Below are positions 37,936 to 51,291 of a stretch of 64,000 nucleotides of DNA, one piece after another. The notes below the pieces were generated by a model. That model was not told the DNA's origin. It worked only from the letters and a program-made list of their open reading frames with translations, and did no database searches. The DNA is taken from contig OZ024750.1 in NCBI GenBank assembly GCA_964016885.1, positions 25,978,001 to 26,042,000 on the forward strand, written 5' to 3'. Made by a program: the position numbers and the translations under genes. Numbering within the stretch: the stretch's first letter is position 1; the number at the start of each line of letters is the position of its first letter. The DNA is from Eledone cirrhosa (Eukaryota).

Positions 37936-37972
37936 TTTTTGAAAAGCATTTAGAAATGCGCAACCGGTAAAA
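37936..37972 (+). ncRNA. Degenerate U3-A8 hammerhead
   Basis: ttt-TTGAAAA-gcatt taga aatgc-GCAAC-cg-GTA-aaa (GAAA>GCAA). Confidence 0.45.
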
Positions 37973-38093
37973 ACTTAAAAACTTAAAACCACAACTGAAT
38001 ACTAACCCATACAATCACTAATACTCTTTTATACCTAATTAAACCATTTTTCAACTGTGAACAATTTGTCAGCATTTTCTATTCCGTTTACCA

Positions 38094-38146
<53 letters not shown>

Positions 38147-38148
<2 letters not shown>

Positions 38149-38968
38149 AAGGCGGGTAAAATTCCCGAGATCCATGGACGAGTTCTCTCCAGCGGTCTCT
38201 GTCCCTCATTATCGCTGCCATATCCTGCATCGCCAACAGACCAGTGTCTGTCCTTAGGGCATCAACGTATGTTAACCTTGGTCTTCCTCTTCTTGTGTGT
38301 CCATGTAGGGGCTCCCAAAGGAGCACTGAGTGCAATGTCAACTCTGGATGTCGGTGAGCATGTCCAGCCAACCTCAGTCTCCTCTGTGTCACTTTTGAGC
38401 TGACTTTTGGGATGCTCCCATACAGCTCTGAGTTTTTCATCCTCAGTGTATACTGATTAATGTTCAGAGCCATCCTCAGCATTCTCGTGTAGCACCCATC
38501 CCCCATCTGAGTGAGTCTCTTGGTCAGTGTCCAAGTCTCAGACCCATACAGCAGCACAGACTCCACTACAGCAATGAAGAGGCGGATTTTCAGGTCTCTA
38601 CGAAGGTCCGACTTCCACACCGATCTCAAGCTGTGACACGCCGCCCAGGCCTTGCTCTTCCTCTCAACCACATCATCTTCCGTATTCCCAATCTTTGCTC
38701 CCAAATACAGGAAGTCCTCAACCAATTCCAGAGGCTTCCCGCCTACATTAGTGATCCCCTCTGGCTTCTCAACATTCTCTACCAGATATTTTGTTTTAGT
38801 CTCATTCATTCTCAGCCCCACACTCATCGAAACAGTCTCAACCTCCCGCATCAAATCCTCTGCCTCCTTCACTGTATTTGTCACCAAAACTATGTCGTCG
38901 GCAAATTCAGCATCCGATACCTTTTTCGCCCCAACTCTCCTGCTCTGAGCCGGTGCTACAGTAAAGCC
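38147..38968 (-). mobile_element. RTE-type LINE, 5'-truncated, open ORF2 C-terminus
   Basis: AEFADD, GLRMNETKTK, VEDFLYLG, VLLYGSETW, RRLRLAGH, RGRPRLTY; TAG immediately followed by (AT)n. Confidence 0.9.
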
Positions 38969-39253
38969 ATATATATACCCATATATATATACATATATAA
39001 TAACTAATAAATAGGGAGATGTTTAAATTATAGCAAGAAGTTTTGAAAGAGGATCAATATTACAGATATATTATCCATTATTTCAATTGACAAGGTATAT
39101 CATAAACTTGTTACATAATTACTATACACACACACACAGATATATATTTATATGTGTGTGTGGGGGGTGCGGGTGCGGGTGTGTATCTGCATGTGTGTGT
39201 GTGTGTGTGTGTGTAAATATGATGTTTAATATAAAATCTTATTTATATTTCAG

Positions 39254-39385
39254 ATTGCCCAGTAGGATGGTTTGGTGTTAATTGTGAAGGGGTATGCCAT
39301 TGTAAGAACAACAACAACTGTGACCATCGAAGTGGAAGATGTTCAGATAGATGTACTGCAGATTATGTTGGTTACAATTGCCAGG
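39254..39385 (+). CDS. EGF-like repeat exon 1 (132 bp, phase 1-1)
   Basis: tttcAG|..DCPVGWFGVNCEGVCHCKNNNNCDHRSGRCSDRCTADYVGYNCQ..|GTata. Confidence 0.8.
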
Positions 39386-39421
39386 GTATATCATAAACTT
39401 GTTACGTATTAACTATAATTA

Positions 39422-39509
<88 letters not shown>

Positions 39510-39983
39510 TCACACTCACACACATACAAACACACATACACACACACACTCACACACTCACACACTCACACACATTCATACATATATGTGTATCTGTTTC
39601 CGCGTGTATGTGTGTGTTTGTGCTTGTGTTTGTGTGCATGTGTTTGTGTGTGTGGAAATATGATGTTTAATATAGAAATCGCTACTACAGGACTACTTTT
39701 GAATGAAATAGTTCTAATAGTTCTAAATGTATATATATATATACGTATGTATATATACGTACATATATATATACATGTTACTGTACGTCTGTATACATAT
39801 ATGCATGTACGTATACATACTTATATTTAAGTATCAGCCGTACTAAGAGTGAGAAATGAAATTTCATTATTTCCATTTATTGTTTTCGGTACGCCCGGCC
39901 GACTAACTCACTCGATATGCAAATTAGGTTGCTCAGTCGTTAATATGCATAAGGAAACTATATACTTTCAAAGGTTCAATCAA

Positions 39984-40052
39984 CTGACAGGAAGGTATAC
40001 GGTGCTGATGACAGCTAATAAGCTAGAAACTAGTTCATCGTTCCTTTGTCAG
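39984..40052 (+). ncRNA. Intronic sense hammerhead, family S copy 1
   Basis: ctgacaggaa...cggtg-CTGATGA-c agct aata agct a-GAAAC-ta-GTT-catcg ttcc..tgtcag. Confidence 0.8.
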
Positions 40053-40296
40053 TGTTGAACAAAATGGCACAATGGTTGCCGAACACTGTACGGCTAATAA
40101 TTCTGGCTGTTTGTTTACAAACAAACCGTGCATTATAATAAATATTCGGTAAACCCATACGTACATATATTTATATGTGTGCATGTATGTATATAGATAC
40201 TACTGTACGTCTGTATACATATATATATGTACGTATGCATACTTATATTTAAGTATTAGCCGTACAAAGAGTGAGAAATGAAATTTCCTTTTTTCC

Positions 40297-40338
<42 letters not shown>

Positions 40339-40470
40339 GTAATCTGAGTTTTTCGAATATTAATAATAACATTCGATTCGGATGCAATTATGCAAACGCG
40401 CTTGAATTTTATAGCCTTGTCAGTAGAATGAACACTTCATTCTTGCTCCTGTGTTGGCATGCCGACAGAA

Positions 40471-40514
40471 CTGCAAACACTAATGTTTCTGGGTATCACC
40501 CTTCGTCAGTACAG
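40471..40514 (-). ncRNA. Intronic antisense hammerhead, family A copy 1
   Basis: ctgta-CTGACGA-a ggg tgata ccc a-GAAACA-ttag-TGTT-tgcag. Confidence 0.8.
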
Positions 40515-40667
40515 CCCGCTGTTCTCCTGGAACACCGCTATCTCTTTCTCTCTATCTCGTGTGTGTGGGTGTGTGGTGTGTGCAGGTGTGTGCGTGCTGC
40601 TGTGTGCGTTCATGTGTGTGTGTGTGTAAATATGATGTTTAATATAGACATTTTATATATATTTCAG

Positions 40668-40805
40668 AATGCCGAATAGGAAGGTTATTTGTTCTTAAGT
40701 GTAGTGAGACATGCCATTGTATCAATAACAAAAACTGTGACAATCGAAATGGAATTTGTTCAGATGGATGTATGCCAGGTTATGCTGGTGACAAATGCCA
40801 AAAAG
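40668..40805 (+). CDS. EGF-like repeat exon 2 (138 bp)
   Basis: ECRIGRLFVLKCSETCHCINNKNCDNRNGICSDGCMPGYAGDKCQK; AG/GT. Confidence 0.8.
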
Positions 40806-41000
40806 GTATATCATAAACTTGTTACATAATTACTATAATTCCTATATACACACACACACAGATATACATGTTTATGTGTGTGTTTGTGCGTGTTTGTGTG
40901 TGTGTGTGTGTGGGGGGGGGGGGTATCTGCATGTGTGTGTATGTGTGTGTGTGTGTGTGTAAATATTATGTTTAATATAGAAATCTTATATATATTTCAG

Positions 41001-41132
41001 GATGCCAGATAGGACGGTTTGGTGTTAATTGTAAAAGGGTATGCCATTGTAAGAACAACAACAACTGTGACCATCGAAGTGGAAGATGTTCAGATAGATG
41101 TACTGCAGATTATGTTGGTGACAATTGCCAAG
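41001..41132 (+). CDS. EGF-like repeat exon 3 (132 bp)
   Basis: GCQIGRFGVNCKRVCHCKNNNNCDHRSGRCSDRCTADYVGDNCQ; AG/GT. Confidence 0.8.
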
Positions 41133-41168
41133 GTATATCATAAACTTGTTACGTATTAACTATAATTA

Positions 41169-41269
<101 letters not shown>

Positions 41270-41760
41270 CACCCACCCACACACACACACACTCACACTC
41301 ACACACATACAAACACACATACACACACACACTCACACACTCACACACTCACACACATTCATACATATATGTGTATCTGTTTCCGCGTGTATGTGTGTGT
41401 TTGTGTTTGTGTGCATGTCTTTGTGTGTGTGGAAATATGATGTTTAATATAGAAATCGCTACTACAGGACTACTTTTGAATGAAATAGTTCTAATAGTTC
41501 TAAATGTATATATATATATACGTATGTATATATACGTACATATATATATACATGTTACTGTACGTCTGTATACATATATGCATGTACGTATACATACTTA
41601 TATTTAAGTATCAGCCGTAATAAGAGTGAGAAATGAAATTTCATTATTTCCATTTATTGTTTTCGGTACGCCCGGCCGACTAACTCACTCGATATGCAAA
41701 TTAGGTTGCTCAGTCGTTAATATGCATAAGGAAACTATATACTTTCAAAGGTTCAATCAA

Positions 41761-41829
41761 CTGACAGGAAGGTATACGGTGCTGATGACAGCTAATAAGC
41801 TAGAAACTAGTTCATCGTTCCTTTGTCAG
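41761..41829 (+). ncRNA. Intronic sense hammerhead, family S copy 2
   Basis: Identical to 39984-40052. Confidence 0.8.
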
Positions 41830-42236
41830 TGTTGAACAAAATGGCACAATGGTTGCCGAACACTGTACGGCTAATAATTCTGGCTGTTTGTTTACAAACA
41901 AACCGAGCATTATAATAAATATTCGGTAAACCCATACGTACATATATTTATATGTGTGCATGTATGTATATAGATACTACTGTACGTCTGTATACATATA
42001 TGTATGTACGTATGCATACTTATATTTAAGTATTAGCCATACAAAGAGTGAGAAATGAAATTTCCTTTTTTTCCATTTATATATATATATATATATATAT
42101 AAATGTAATCTGAGTTTTTCGAATATTAATAATAACATTCGATTCGGATGCAATTATGCAAACGCGCTTGAATTTTATAGCCTTGTCAGTAGAATGAACA
42201 CTTCATTCTTGCTCCTGTGTTGGCATGCCGACAGAA

Positions 42237-42280
42237 CTGCAAACACTAATGTTTCTGGGTATCACCCTTCGTCAGTACAG
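42237..42280 (-). ncRNA. Intronic antisense hammerhead, family A copy 2
   Basis: Identical to 40471-40514. Confidence 0.8.
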
Positions 42281-42433
42281 CCCGCTGTTCTCCTGGAACA
42301 CCGCTATCTCTTTCTCTCTATCTCGTGTGTGTGGGTGTGTGGTGTGTGCAGGTGTGTGCGTGCTGCTGTGTGCTTTCATGTGTGTGTGTGTGTAAATATG
42401 ATGTTTAATATAGACATTTTATATATATTTCAG

Positions 42434-42571
42434 AATGCCGAATAGGAAGGTTTTTTGCTCTTATGTGTAGAGAGATATGCCATTGTATCAATAACAAAAA
42501 CTGTGACAATCGAAATGGAATTTGTTCAGATGGATGTATGGCAGGTTATGCTGGTGACAAATGCCAAAAAG
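42434..42571 (+). CDS. EGF-like repeat exon 4 (138 bp)
   Basis: ECRIGRFFALMCREICHCINNKNCDNRNGICSDGCMAGYAGDKCQK; AG/GT. Confidence 0.8.
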
Positions 42572-42759
42572 GTATATCATAAACATGTTACATAATTACT
42601 ATAATTCCTATATACACACACACACAGATATACATGTTTATGTGTGTGTTTGTGCGTGTTTGTGTGTGTGTGGGTGGGGGGGGGGGTATCTGCATGTGTG
42701 TGTACGTGTGTGTGTGTGTAAATATGATGTTTAATATAGAAATCTTATATATATTTCAG

Positions 42760-42891
42760 GATGCCAGATAGGACGGTTTGGTATTGATTGTAAAGGGGTA
42801 TGCCATTGTAACTACCCCCTTAACTGCGACTTCCGTTCTGGAAGATGTTCAGATGGATGTACTACAGGTTATGTTGGTCACACTTGCCAAG
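42760..42891 (+). CDS. EGF-like repeat exon 5 (132 bp)
   Basis: GCQIGRFGIDCKGVCHCNYPLNCDFRSGRCSDGCTTGYVGHTCQ; AG/GT. Confidence 0.8.
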
Positions 42892-42927
42892 GTATATCAT
42901 AAACTTGTTACGTATTAACTATAATTA

Positions 42928-43009
<82 letters not shown>

Positions 43010-43493
43010 ACACACACACACACACACTCACACACATACAAACACACATACACACACACACTCACACACTCACACACTCACACACATTCATACATATATG
43101 TGTATCTGTTTCCGCGTGTATGTGTGTGTTTGTGCTTGTGTTTGTGTGCATGTGTTTGTGTGTGTGGAAATATGATGTTTAATATAGAAATCGCTACTAC
43201 AGGACTACTTTTGAATGAAATAGTTCTAATAGTTCTAAATGTATATATATATACGTATGTATATATACGTACATATATATATACATGCTACTGTACGTCT
43301 GTATACATATATGCATGTACGTATACGTACTTATATTTAAGTATCAGCCGTACTAAGAGTGAGAAATGAAATTTCATTATTTCCATTTATTGTTTTCGGT
43401 ACGCCTGGCCGACTAACTCACTCGATATGCAAATTAGGTTGCTTAGTCGTTAATATTCATAAGGAAACTATATACTTTCAAAGGTTCAATCAA

Positions 43494-43562
43494 CTGACAG
43501 GAAGGTATACGGTGCTGATGACAGCTAATAAGCTAGAAACTAGTTCATCGTTCCTTTGTCAG
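43494..43562 (+). ncRNA. Intronic sense hammerhead, family S copy 3
   Basis: Identical to 39984-40052. Confidence 0.8.
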
Positions 43563-43806
43563 TGTTGAACAAAATGGCACAATGGTTGCCGAACACTGTA
43601 CGGCTAATAATTCTGGCTGTTTGTTTACAAACAAACCGAGCATTATAATAAATATTCGGTAAACCCATACGTACATATATTTATATGTGTGCATGTATGT
43701 ATATAGATACTACTGTACGTCTGTATACATATATGTATGTACGTATGCATACTTATATTTAAGTATTAGCCGTACAAAGAGTGAGAAATGAAATTTCCTT
43801 TTTTCC

Positions 43807-43870
<64 letters not shown>

Positions 43871-44002
43871 GTAATCTGAGTTTTCCGAATATTAATAATA
43901 ACATTCGATTCGGATGCAATTATGCAAACGCGCTTGAATTTTATAGCCTTGTCAGTAGAATGAACACTTCATTCTTGCTCCTGTGTTGGCATGCCGACAG
44001 AA

Positions 44003-44046
44003 CTGCAAACACTAATGTTTCTGGGTATCACCCTTCGTCAGTACAG
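44003..44046 (-). ncRNA. Intronic antisense hammerhead, family A copy 3
   Basis: Identical to 40471-40514. Confidence 0.8.
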
Positions 44047-44195
44047 CCCGCTGTTCTCCTGGAACACCGCTATCTCTTTCTCTCTATCTCGTGTGTGTGG
44101 GTGTGTGGTGTGTGCAGGTGTGTGCGTGCTGGTGTGTGCGTTCATGTGTGTGTGTAAATATGATGTTTAATATAGACATTTTATATATATTTCAG

Positions 44196-44330
44196 TATGC
44201 GCAATAGGAAGGTTTGGTCTTAATTGTAGAAAGACATGCCATTGTATCAACAACTTTTTCTGTAACAAACGAAATGGAGATTGTTATGATGGATGTAGTG
44301 CAGGTTATGTTGGTGACAATTGCCAAGAAA
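44196..44330 (+). CDS. EGF-like repeat exon 6 (135 bp)
   Basis: VCAIGRFGLNCRKTCHCINNFFCNKRNGDCYDGCSAGYVGDNCQE; AG/GT. Confidence 0.8.
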
Positions 44331-44531
44331 GTATATCATAAACTTGTTACATAATTACTATAATTCCTATATACACACACACACAGATATATATGTTTAT
44401 GTGTGGGTTTGTGCGTGTTTGTGTGTGTGTGTGTGTGTGGGGTGGGGTGGGGGGGGTATCTGCATGTGTGTGTATGTGTGTGTGTGTGTGTAAATATGAT
44501 GTTTAATATAGAAATCTTACATATATTTCAG

Positions 44532-44687
44532 AATGCCAGTTAGGACGGTTTGGTATTGATTGTAAAGGGGTATGCCATTGTATCTACGTCTTTAACTGCG
44601 ACTACCGTTCTGGAATATGTACAGATGGATGTACTGCAGGTTATGTTGGTTATCCTTCAAGTTATGTTGGTTACATTTGCCAAGAAG
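44532..44687 (+). CDS. EGF-like repeat exon 7 (156 bp, in-frame 21-bp duplication)
   Basis: CQLGRFGIDCKGVCHCIYVFNCDYRSGICTDGCTAGYVGYPSSYVGYICQE; AG/GT. Confidence 0.78.
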
Positions 44688-44723
44688 GTATATCATAAAC
44701 TTGTTACGTATTTACTATAATTA

Positions 44724-44819
<96 letters not shown>

Positions 44820-45332
44820 ACACACTCACACACACACACACACATACACACACATACACACACGCACACACTCACATACTCACACACTTTCACACATATA
44901 TATATATATATATGTGTTTCCGTGTGTATGCGTGTGTTTGTGTGTGTGTGTGTGTATGTGTTTGTGTGTGTGTGCATGAGTTTGTCTGTGTGTGCATGTG
45001 TTTGTGTGCATGTGTTTAATATAGAAATCGCTTCTACAGGACTACTTTTGAATGAAATAGTTCTAATAGTTCTAAATGTATATATATATATATATATATT
45101 TCGTTTCTGAATTTGTTTAGCAAGATTCTTTATCTTATATATATATATATTTCAATTTAGTAGTCAGTTACAAATATTAAGCTCTAAGAAAATACTTCTG
45201 AGCATTACATTATAATTTAAAAAAATATATGATCAACACTACTGTGTTGTTTTTTTTCGAGAAAAAAAAAAAAAAAAAAAATTATTGTCATTTTGCAAAA
45301 AAAAACACAGTAGTGTTGATCATATATTTTTT

Positions 45333-45483
<151 letters not shown>

Positions 45484-45560
45484 ACATATAACATACTACC
45501 CTAAGTATTGAGTACTTTGGTGCGTTATGGTCCATCTTGTTCCTTACCACATTTCCTTCG

Positions 45561-45613
<53 letters not shown>

Positions 45614-45714
45614 TATTGACATTTCCGTTGGAAACAGAAAAGGTCATAGAAGTGAAGAGTGCTCTATGTAAGTATCAGAGCAAAATTTAATGTATAAAAA
45701 TCAATACAATATAA

Positions 45715-45787
45715 TTACCTCATTACCAGAGGTTTCCCGAATGAGTCGAATACGAAAGAAACGTCTTCATTCGTTCGTCAGACGAGG

Positions 45788-45790
<3 letters not shown>
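45715..45790 (-). ncRNA. Type-I hammerhead in a 180-bp (TA)n-flanked element (45611-45790)
   Basis: ttgcctcgt-CTGACGA-a cgaatga...tcattcg g-GAAACC-tct-GGTA-atgaggtaa; 9-bp stem I, GUA site. Confidence 0.85.
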
Positions 45791-45867
<77 letters not shown>

Positions 45868-45926
45868 ATATGCATATATTTATATATATATATATATATG
45901 TATATATTTATATATATATATATATA

Positions 45927-45958
<32 letters not shown>

Positions 45959-45966
45959 CTATCTAT

Positions 45967-46338
45967 CTAGGGCGGGTAAAATTCCCGAGATCCATGGACG
46001 AGTTCTCTCCATCGGTCTCTGACCCTCATTAGCGCTGCCATGTCCTGCGTCTCCAACAGGCCAGTGTCTGTCTTTAGGGCATCAACATACGTTAACCTTG
46101 GTCTTCCTCTTCCAGTGTGTCCATGTAGGGGCTCCGACAGGAGCACTGAGTGCAATGTCAACTCTGGATGTCGGTGAGCATGTCCAGCTAACCTCAGTCT
46201 TTTCTGTGTCACTTTTGAGCTGACTTTTGGGATGCTCCCATACATCTCTGAGTTTTTCACCCTCAGTGTATACTGATTAATGTTCAGAGCCATCCTCAGC
46301 ATTCTCGTGTAGCACCCATGCACCATCTGAGTGAGTTT
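45967..46338 (-). mobile_element. RTE-type LINE 3' fragment, same family as 38147-38968
   Basis: GCYTRMLRMAL...SREFYPP* then atag/(AT)n. Confidence 0.88.
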
Positions 46339-46339
46339 T

Positions 46340-46397
<58 letters not shown>

Positions 46398-46538
46398 GAG
46401 AGAGAGAGCAAGAATGAAGTGTTCATTCTACTGACATGGCTATAAAATTGAGGCTTGTTTGCATAATTGCAAACGAATCGAATGTTGTTATTAATATTCG
46501 AAAAACTCAGATTACATTTATATATATACATATATATA

Positions 46539-47319
46539 TGATAATAATGGAGCTGCGGCGTTGCAAATGGGATACATATGAAAAAGTGAGTCCTTCATCA
46601 GTGACCCTCCAACCGTCCTAGGCATTTCATCGCTTTAAGGGCCATATACCTCAGGTTGGTGCGAACAACGGCTAAAAAAAGTCGTTGGGACACGTAAATA
46701 AAGAGAACGTTAGGGTGAACAAACAAAATGGTTTAAGCAACAGAAAGTGAGAAGAAAGAGACAAGTCCCAGATTTCTATGAATATAAACTCGATAAAATC
46801 GTGAACTAGAGAATAAAGACCATCAAACGTGGTTGAAATGTGAGCAAGGAAGGAATTTCGCACAGGTCTAACGGGGGGAAGAAGAAGGGGTCTGGTCTGC
46901 GAATTCGGTAAACATAAGTTCTGTGAAGACGCAGACGAGAGAGAGAGAGAAAAAAAATTTCATACTGGCTTGGCCAAGAGTGCGTGAGAAAAGAAATCGG
47001 ACAGGTCAAGCGGGAAGAAAGAGGAGAGGAGGAGAGGCAGTGACAGGGTATGAGTGAGTGAAAGTTGAGGAAGAGGCTAACAGAGAGAGAGAGACTGCTA
47101 GAAAGGGTAAAGATACAAGGAGCGAAACAGACGGGTGGCAGCAGAGGAAAAAATATATGTGTAAATATGATAATAATGGAGCTGCCGCGTTGCAAATGGG
47201 ATACATATGAAAAAGTGAGTCCTTCATCAGTGACCCTCCAACCGTCCTAGGCATTTCATCGCTTTAAGGGCCATATACCTCAGGTTGGTGCGAACAACGG
47301 CTAAAAAAAGTCGTTGGGA
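46539..47319. mobile_element. ~780-bp element with near-identical 152-bp terminal direct repeats
   Basis: tgataataatggagctgc...gtcgttggga at 46539-46690 and 47168-47319; TA flanks; no coding capacity. Confidence 0.7.
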
Positions 47320-47480
47320 ATATATACATATATATATATATATTAGAAAGTGTTTTTTTTTTTACAAAATGATAAATAACCGAGGTGTCCTACACGAGTG
47401 AAAGTATAAAGAAAAAAAGATGAAATTGAAAATGCAACTGGAGTCTTATTTAAAAAAACATATATATATTTATTTGGTTC

Positions 47481-47516
47481 CTTTGCGCGTTTCGCAGTTC
47501 TTCTGCTTTTCAAAAG
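47481..47516 (-). ncRNA. Degenerate U3-A8 hammerhead
   Basis: ctt-TTGAAAA-gcag aagaa ctgc-GAAAC-gc-GCA-aag (GTA>GCA). Confidence 0.5.
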
Positions 47517-47772
47517 TACATACATATATGAATACGGACGTACAGTAGTATGTATATACATACATACATACGTACATACATATATGAATACAGACGTACA
47601 GTAGTATGTATATACATACATACATGCCCACATATATATATATATATATATAAATATATGTACGTATGGGTTTACCGAATATTCATTTTAATGCTCGGTT
47701 TGTTTGTAAACAAACAGCCCGAATTATTAGCCGTACAGTGTTCGGCAACCATGGTTCCCATTTTGTTCAACA

Positions 47773-47841
47773 CTGATAAAGGAACGATGAACTAGTTTCT
47801 AGCTTATTAGCTGTCATCAGCACTATCTACCTTCCTGTCAG
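47773..47841 (-). ncRNA. Family S hammerhead, inverted copy
   Basis: Core intact; stem I has mismatches. Confidence 0.7.
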
Positions 47842-48161
47842 TTGATTGAACGTTTGAAAGTATATACTTTCCTGATGCATATTAACGGCTGAGCAGCCTA
47901 ATTTGCATATCGAGTGAGTATATATATATATATGTGCATGTATGTACGATATACATACTACTGTACGTCTGTATACATACATGTATGTACGTATGCATAC
48001 TTATATTTAAGTATCAGCCGTACTAAGAGAGAGAAATGAAATTTCATTTTTCCATTTATCGTTTTCGGTCCGCCAGCCGACTAACTCACTCGATATGTAA
48101 ATTAGGCTTCTCAGTCGTTAATATGCATATGGAAAGTATATACTTTCAAACAGTCAATCAA

Positions 48162-48230
48162 CTGACATGAAAGTATACGGTGCTGATGACAGCTAATAAG
48201 CTAGAAACTAGTTCATCGTTCCTTTGTCAG
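48162..48230 (+). ncRNA. Family S hammerhead
   Basis: Core and proximal stems intact. Confidence 0.78.
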
Positions 48231-48378
48231 TGTTGAACAAAATGGCACAATGGTTGCCGAACACTGTACGGCTAATAATTCTGGCTGTTTGTTTACAAAC
48301 AAACCGAGCATTATAATAAATGTTCGGTAAACCCATACGTACATATATATATGTGTGCATGTATGTATATATATTCGT

Positions 48379-48492
48379 GGAGGCGCGTAGCTGAGTGGTT
48401 AGAGAATCGGATTCGCAATCGTGAGGTTGTGAGTTCGATTCCCGGACCAGGCGATGCGTTATGTCCTTGGGCAAGACACTTTATTTCACGTT
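48379..48492 (+). mobile_element. tRNA-derived SINE head (third family)
   Basis: A box tagctgagtgg, B box gagttcgattccc, then tgtccttgggcaagacactt; no acceptor stem. Confidence 0.75.
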
Positions 48493-48828
48493 TCTCCTTC
48501 TACCTGGAGCTGCGACCGATAGAGAGTATTAGCAATTAGAAAGATCAATGGAAACATCGTTTCCTCGGTCCGATTTGACACAAAAAAAAGTCGATCGACT
48601 GTCGATGTATATATATATACATACTATTGTACGTATGTAACCATAATGTATGTACGTATACATACTTATATTTAAGTATTAACCGTACTAAGAGTGAGAA
48701 ATGAAATTTCATTTTTTCCATTTAACTTTTTTGCTACGCACGGCCGACTAACTCACTCCATATGCAAATAAGGGTGCTCAGTAGTTAATATGCATAAGGA
48801 AACTATATACTTTCAAAGGTTCAATCAA

Positions 48829-48897
48829 CTGACAGGAAGCTATACGGTGCTGATGACAGCTAATAAGCTAGAAACTAGTTCATCGTTCCTTTGTCAG
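48829..48897 (+). ncRNA. Family S hammerhead
   Basis: Core and stems intact. Confidence 0.78.
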
Positions 48898-49260
48898 TGT
48901 TGAAAAAAATGGCACAATGGTTGCCGAACACTGTACGGCTAATAATTCTGGCTGTTTGTTTACAAACAAACCGAGCATTATAATAAATATTCGGTAAACC
49001 CATACGTACATATATTTATATGTGTGCATGTATGTATATACATACTACTGTACGTCTGTATACATATATGTATGTACGTATACATACTTATATTTAAGTA
49101 TCAGCCGTACTAACAGTGAGAAATGAAATTTTATTTTTCCATATATATATATATAAATGGAGAAATGAAATTTCATTTCTCACTCTTAGTACGGCTGATA
49201 CTTAAATATAAGTATGTATACGTACATACATATATGTATACACACACCCATACACACACC

Positions 49261-49356
<96 letters not shown>

Positions 49357-49945
49357 AATGTAATCTGAGTTTTTCGAATATTAATAATAACATTCGATTT
49401 GTTTGCAATTATGCAAACAAGCCTGAATTTTATTGCCATGTCAGTGGAATGAACACTTCATTCTTGCTCCTGTGATGGCCTGCGAACAGAACTGCAGACA
49501 CTAATATTTCTGGGTATCACCCTTCATCCTTCATATCCATGTTTGCGTATTTTTAGCTGTAATAATCTCCCGGTCTTCTTGCTTCTATTTCTATTTTCTT
49601 TTTTCCTTTCTCTTTCTCCTTCTTCATCTTTCTCTGCCTCTTTTTCTGTTTCCTTCTTCATCTTTCTTTCTTTTCTCTACCTTCACTATTTCTATCTCCC
49701 CTCTTTTATTTCTATCTGTATCTCTATTATTACTACTATTTTGATGTGATAGTTTGAACTCGTAAATTTGCCGGTTACGAATTTATTTGTATGTTCTTTC
49801 TCTCTTTCTTCTACCCCCCTCCCCTCCTTTCCATCTATACTCCTTCTTCTGTTTCTCTTTATATCTTTATTATTAATATTAATATTGATGTGGTAATTTA
49901 AATTTGTAAATTTACCGTTATGCATATTTCTTTTATTTTCTCTTG

Positions 49946-50047
49946 GTCTCTGACGAAATGATAGAGATAACATGTGTTTTAAATTGAGCGACACTGCTTT
50001 CTTTGTTTAGCAATTTTTAGACAACTCTATCATAGAATAAGTAAGAC
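49946..50047 (+). ncRNA. Degenerate hammerhead with long stem II
   Basis: gtct-CTGACGA-a atgatagag...ctctatcat a-GAATAA-GTA-agac; stem III damaged. Confidence 0.45.
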
Positions 50048-50244
50048 TGTAAGTAAATTTCCTTGTTTGTACTGTCGACCATGTTATTCAATTTTTCAAT
50101 TTTATTACTCAAAGATATACTTACACAGGAATATAAGTGAAGTCATAAACTCGTCATCCACGTAAACCTCTTGTTCAGTCTTTCAACGCCGTACGCTTAA
50201 ACTATTCACGATAAGAAGTTTTCACAACCTCTAATCGGATTACC

Positions 50245-50275
<31 letters not shown>

Positions 50276-50371
50276 TGAAGTGTTCATTCTACTGTCATGG
50301 CTATAAAATTGAGGCTTGTTTGCATAATTGCAAGCGAATCGAATGTTACTAATATTCGAAAAACTGTTATC

Positions 50372-50430
<59 letters not shown>

Positions 50431-50560
50431 TTGGAGCTCTGAAATAGCAATATATATATGGATGTATATATAATGTATTTTGCAATACACTTTATGCTTA
50501 ATTAAAAGCATTTTGAAGACCGTAAGCTATCGTTTTAAAGTAGTGACAAATTCACTCACT

Positions 50561-50657
50561 TTGATCTCAGCAAACAGGGGAGATAAGCCGACAATACATG
50601 TTTCGCTTTTGTTGAAGCTTATCAAGGCCAACTACCCCGCCTGTCTACTGAGATCAA
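50561..50657 (-). ncRNA. U3-A8 variant hammerhead, unit 1
   Basis: gcc-TTGATAA-gctt caacaa aagc-GAAACA-tgtat-TGTC-ggc; long stem I. Confidence 0.75.
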
Positions 50658-50878
50658 TGATGTTATATTCTTATAGAAATCTAGTAAATAATCAGGAGCT
50701 GATTATGCAGAGCGGTTGTTGGTCAGGCAGAAATTAAAAATTAGAATTGGAGCTCTGAAATAGCAATATATATATATGGATGTACATATAATGTATTTTG
50801 CAATACACTTTATGCTTAATTAAAAGCATTTTGAAGACCGTAAGCTATCGTTTTAAAGTAGTGACAAATTCACTCACT

Positions 50879-50975
50879 TTGATCTCAGCAAACAGGGGAG
50901 ATAAAACGACATGACATGTTTCGCTTTTGTTGAAGCTTATCAAGGCCAACTACCCCGCCTGTCTACTGAGATCAA
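50879..50975 (-). ncRNA. U3-A8 variant hammerhead, unit 2 (proximal stem I mutated)
   Basis: Same core; ggc>gtt after the cleavage site. Confidence 0.6.
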
Positions 50976-51194
50976 TGATGTTATATTCTTATAGAAATCT
51001 AGTAAATAATCAGGAGCTGATTATGCAGAGCGGTTGTTGGTCAGGCAGAAATTAAAAATTAGAATTGGAGCTCTGAAATAGCAATATATATATGGATGTG
51101 TATATAATGTATTTTGCAATACACTTTATGCTTAATTAAAAGCATTTTGAAGACCGTAAGCTATCGTTTTAAAGTAGTGACAAATTCACTCACT

Positions 51195-51291
51195 TTGATC
51201 TCAGCAAACAGGGGAGATAAGCCGACATGACATGTTTCGCTTTTGTTGAAGCTTATCAAGGCCAACTACCCCGCCTGTCTACTGAGATCAA
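51195..51291 (-). ncRNA. U3-A8 variant hammerhead, unit 3
   Basis: Intact, GUC site. Confidence 0.8.

Noticed and set aside
48379-48455. tRNA gene
   Set aside because: A and B boxes present but no acceptor stem, and it continues into a SINE body
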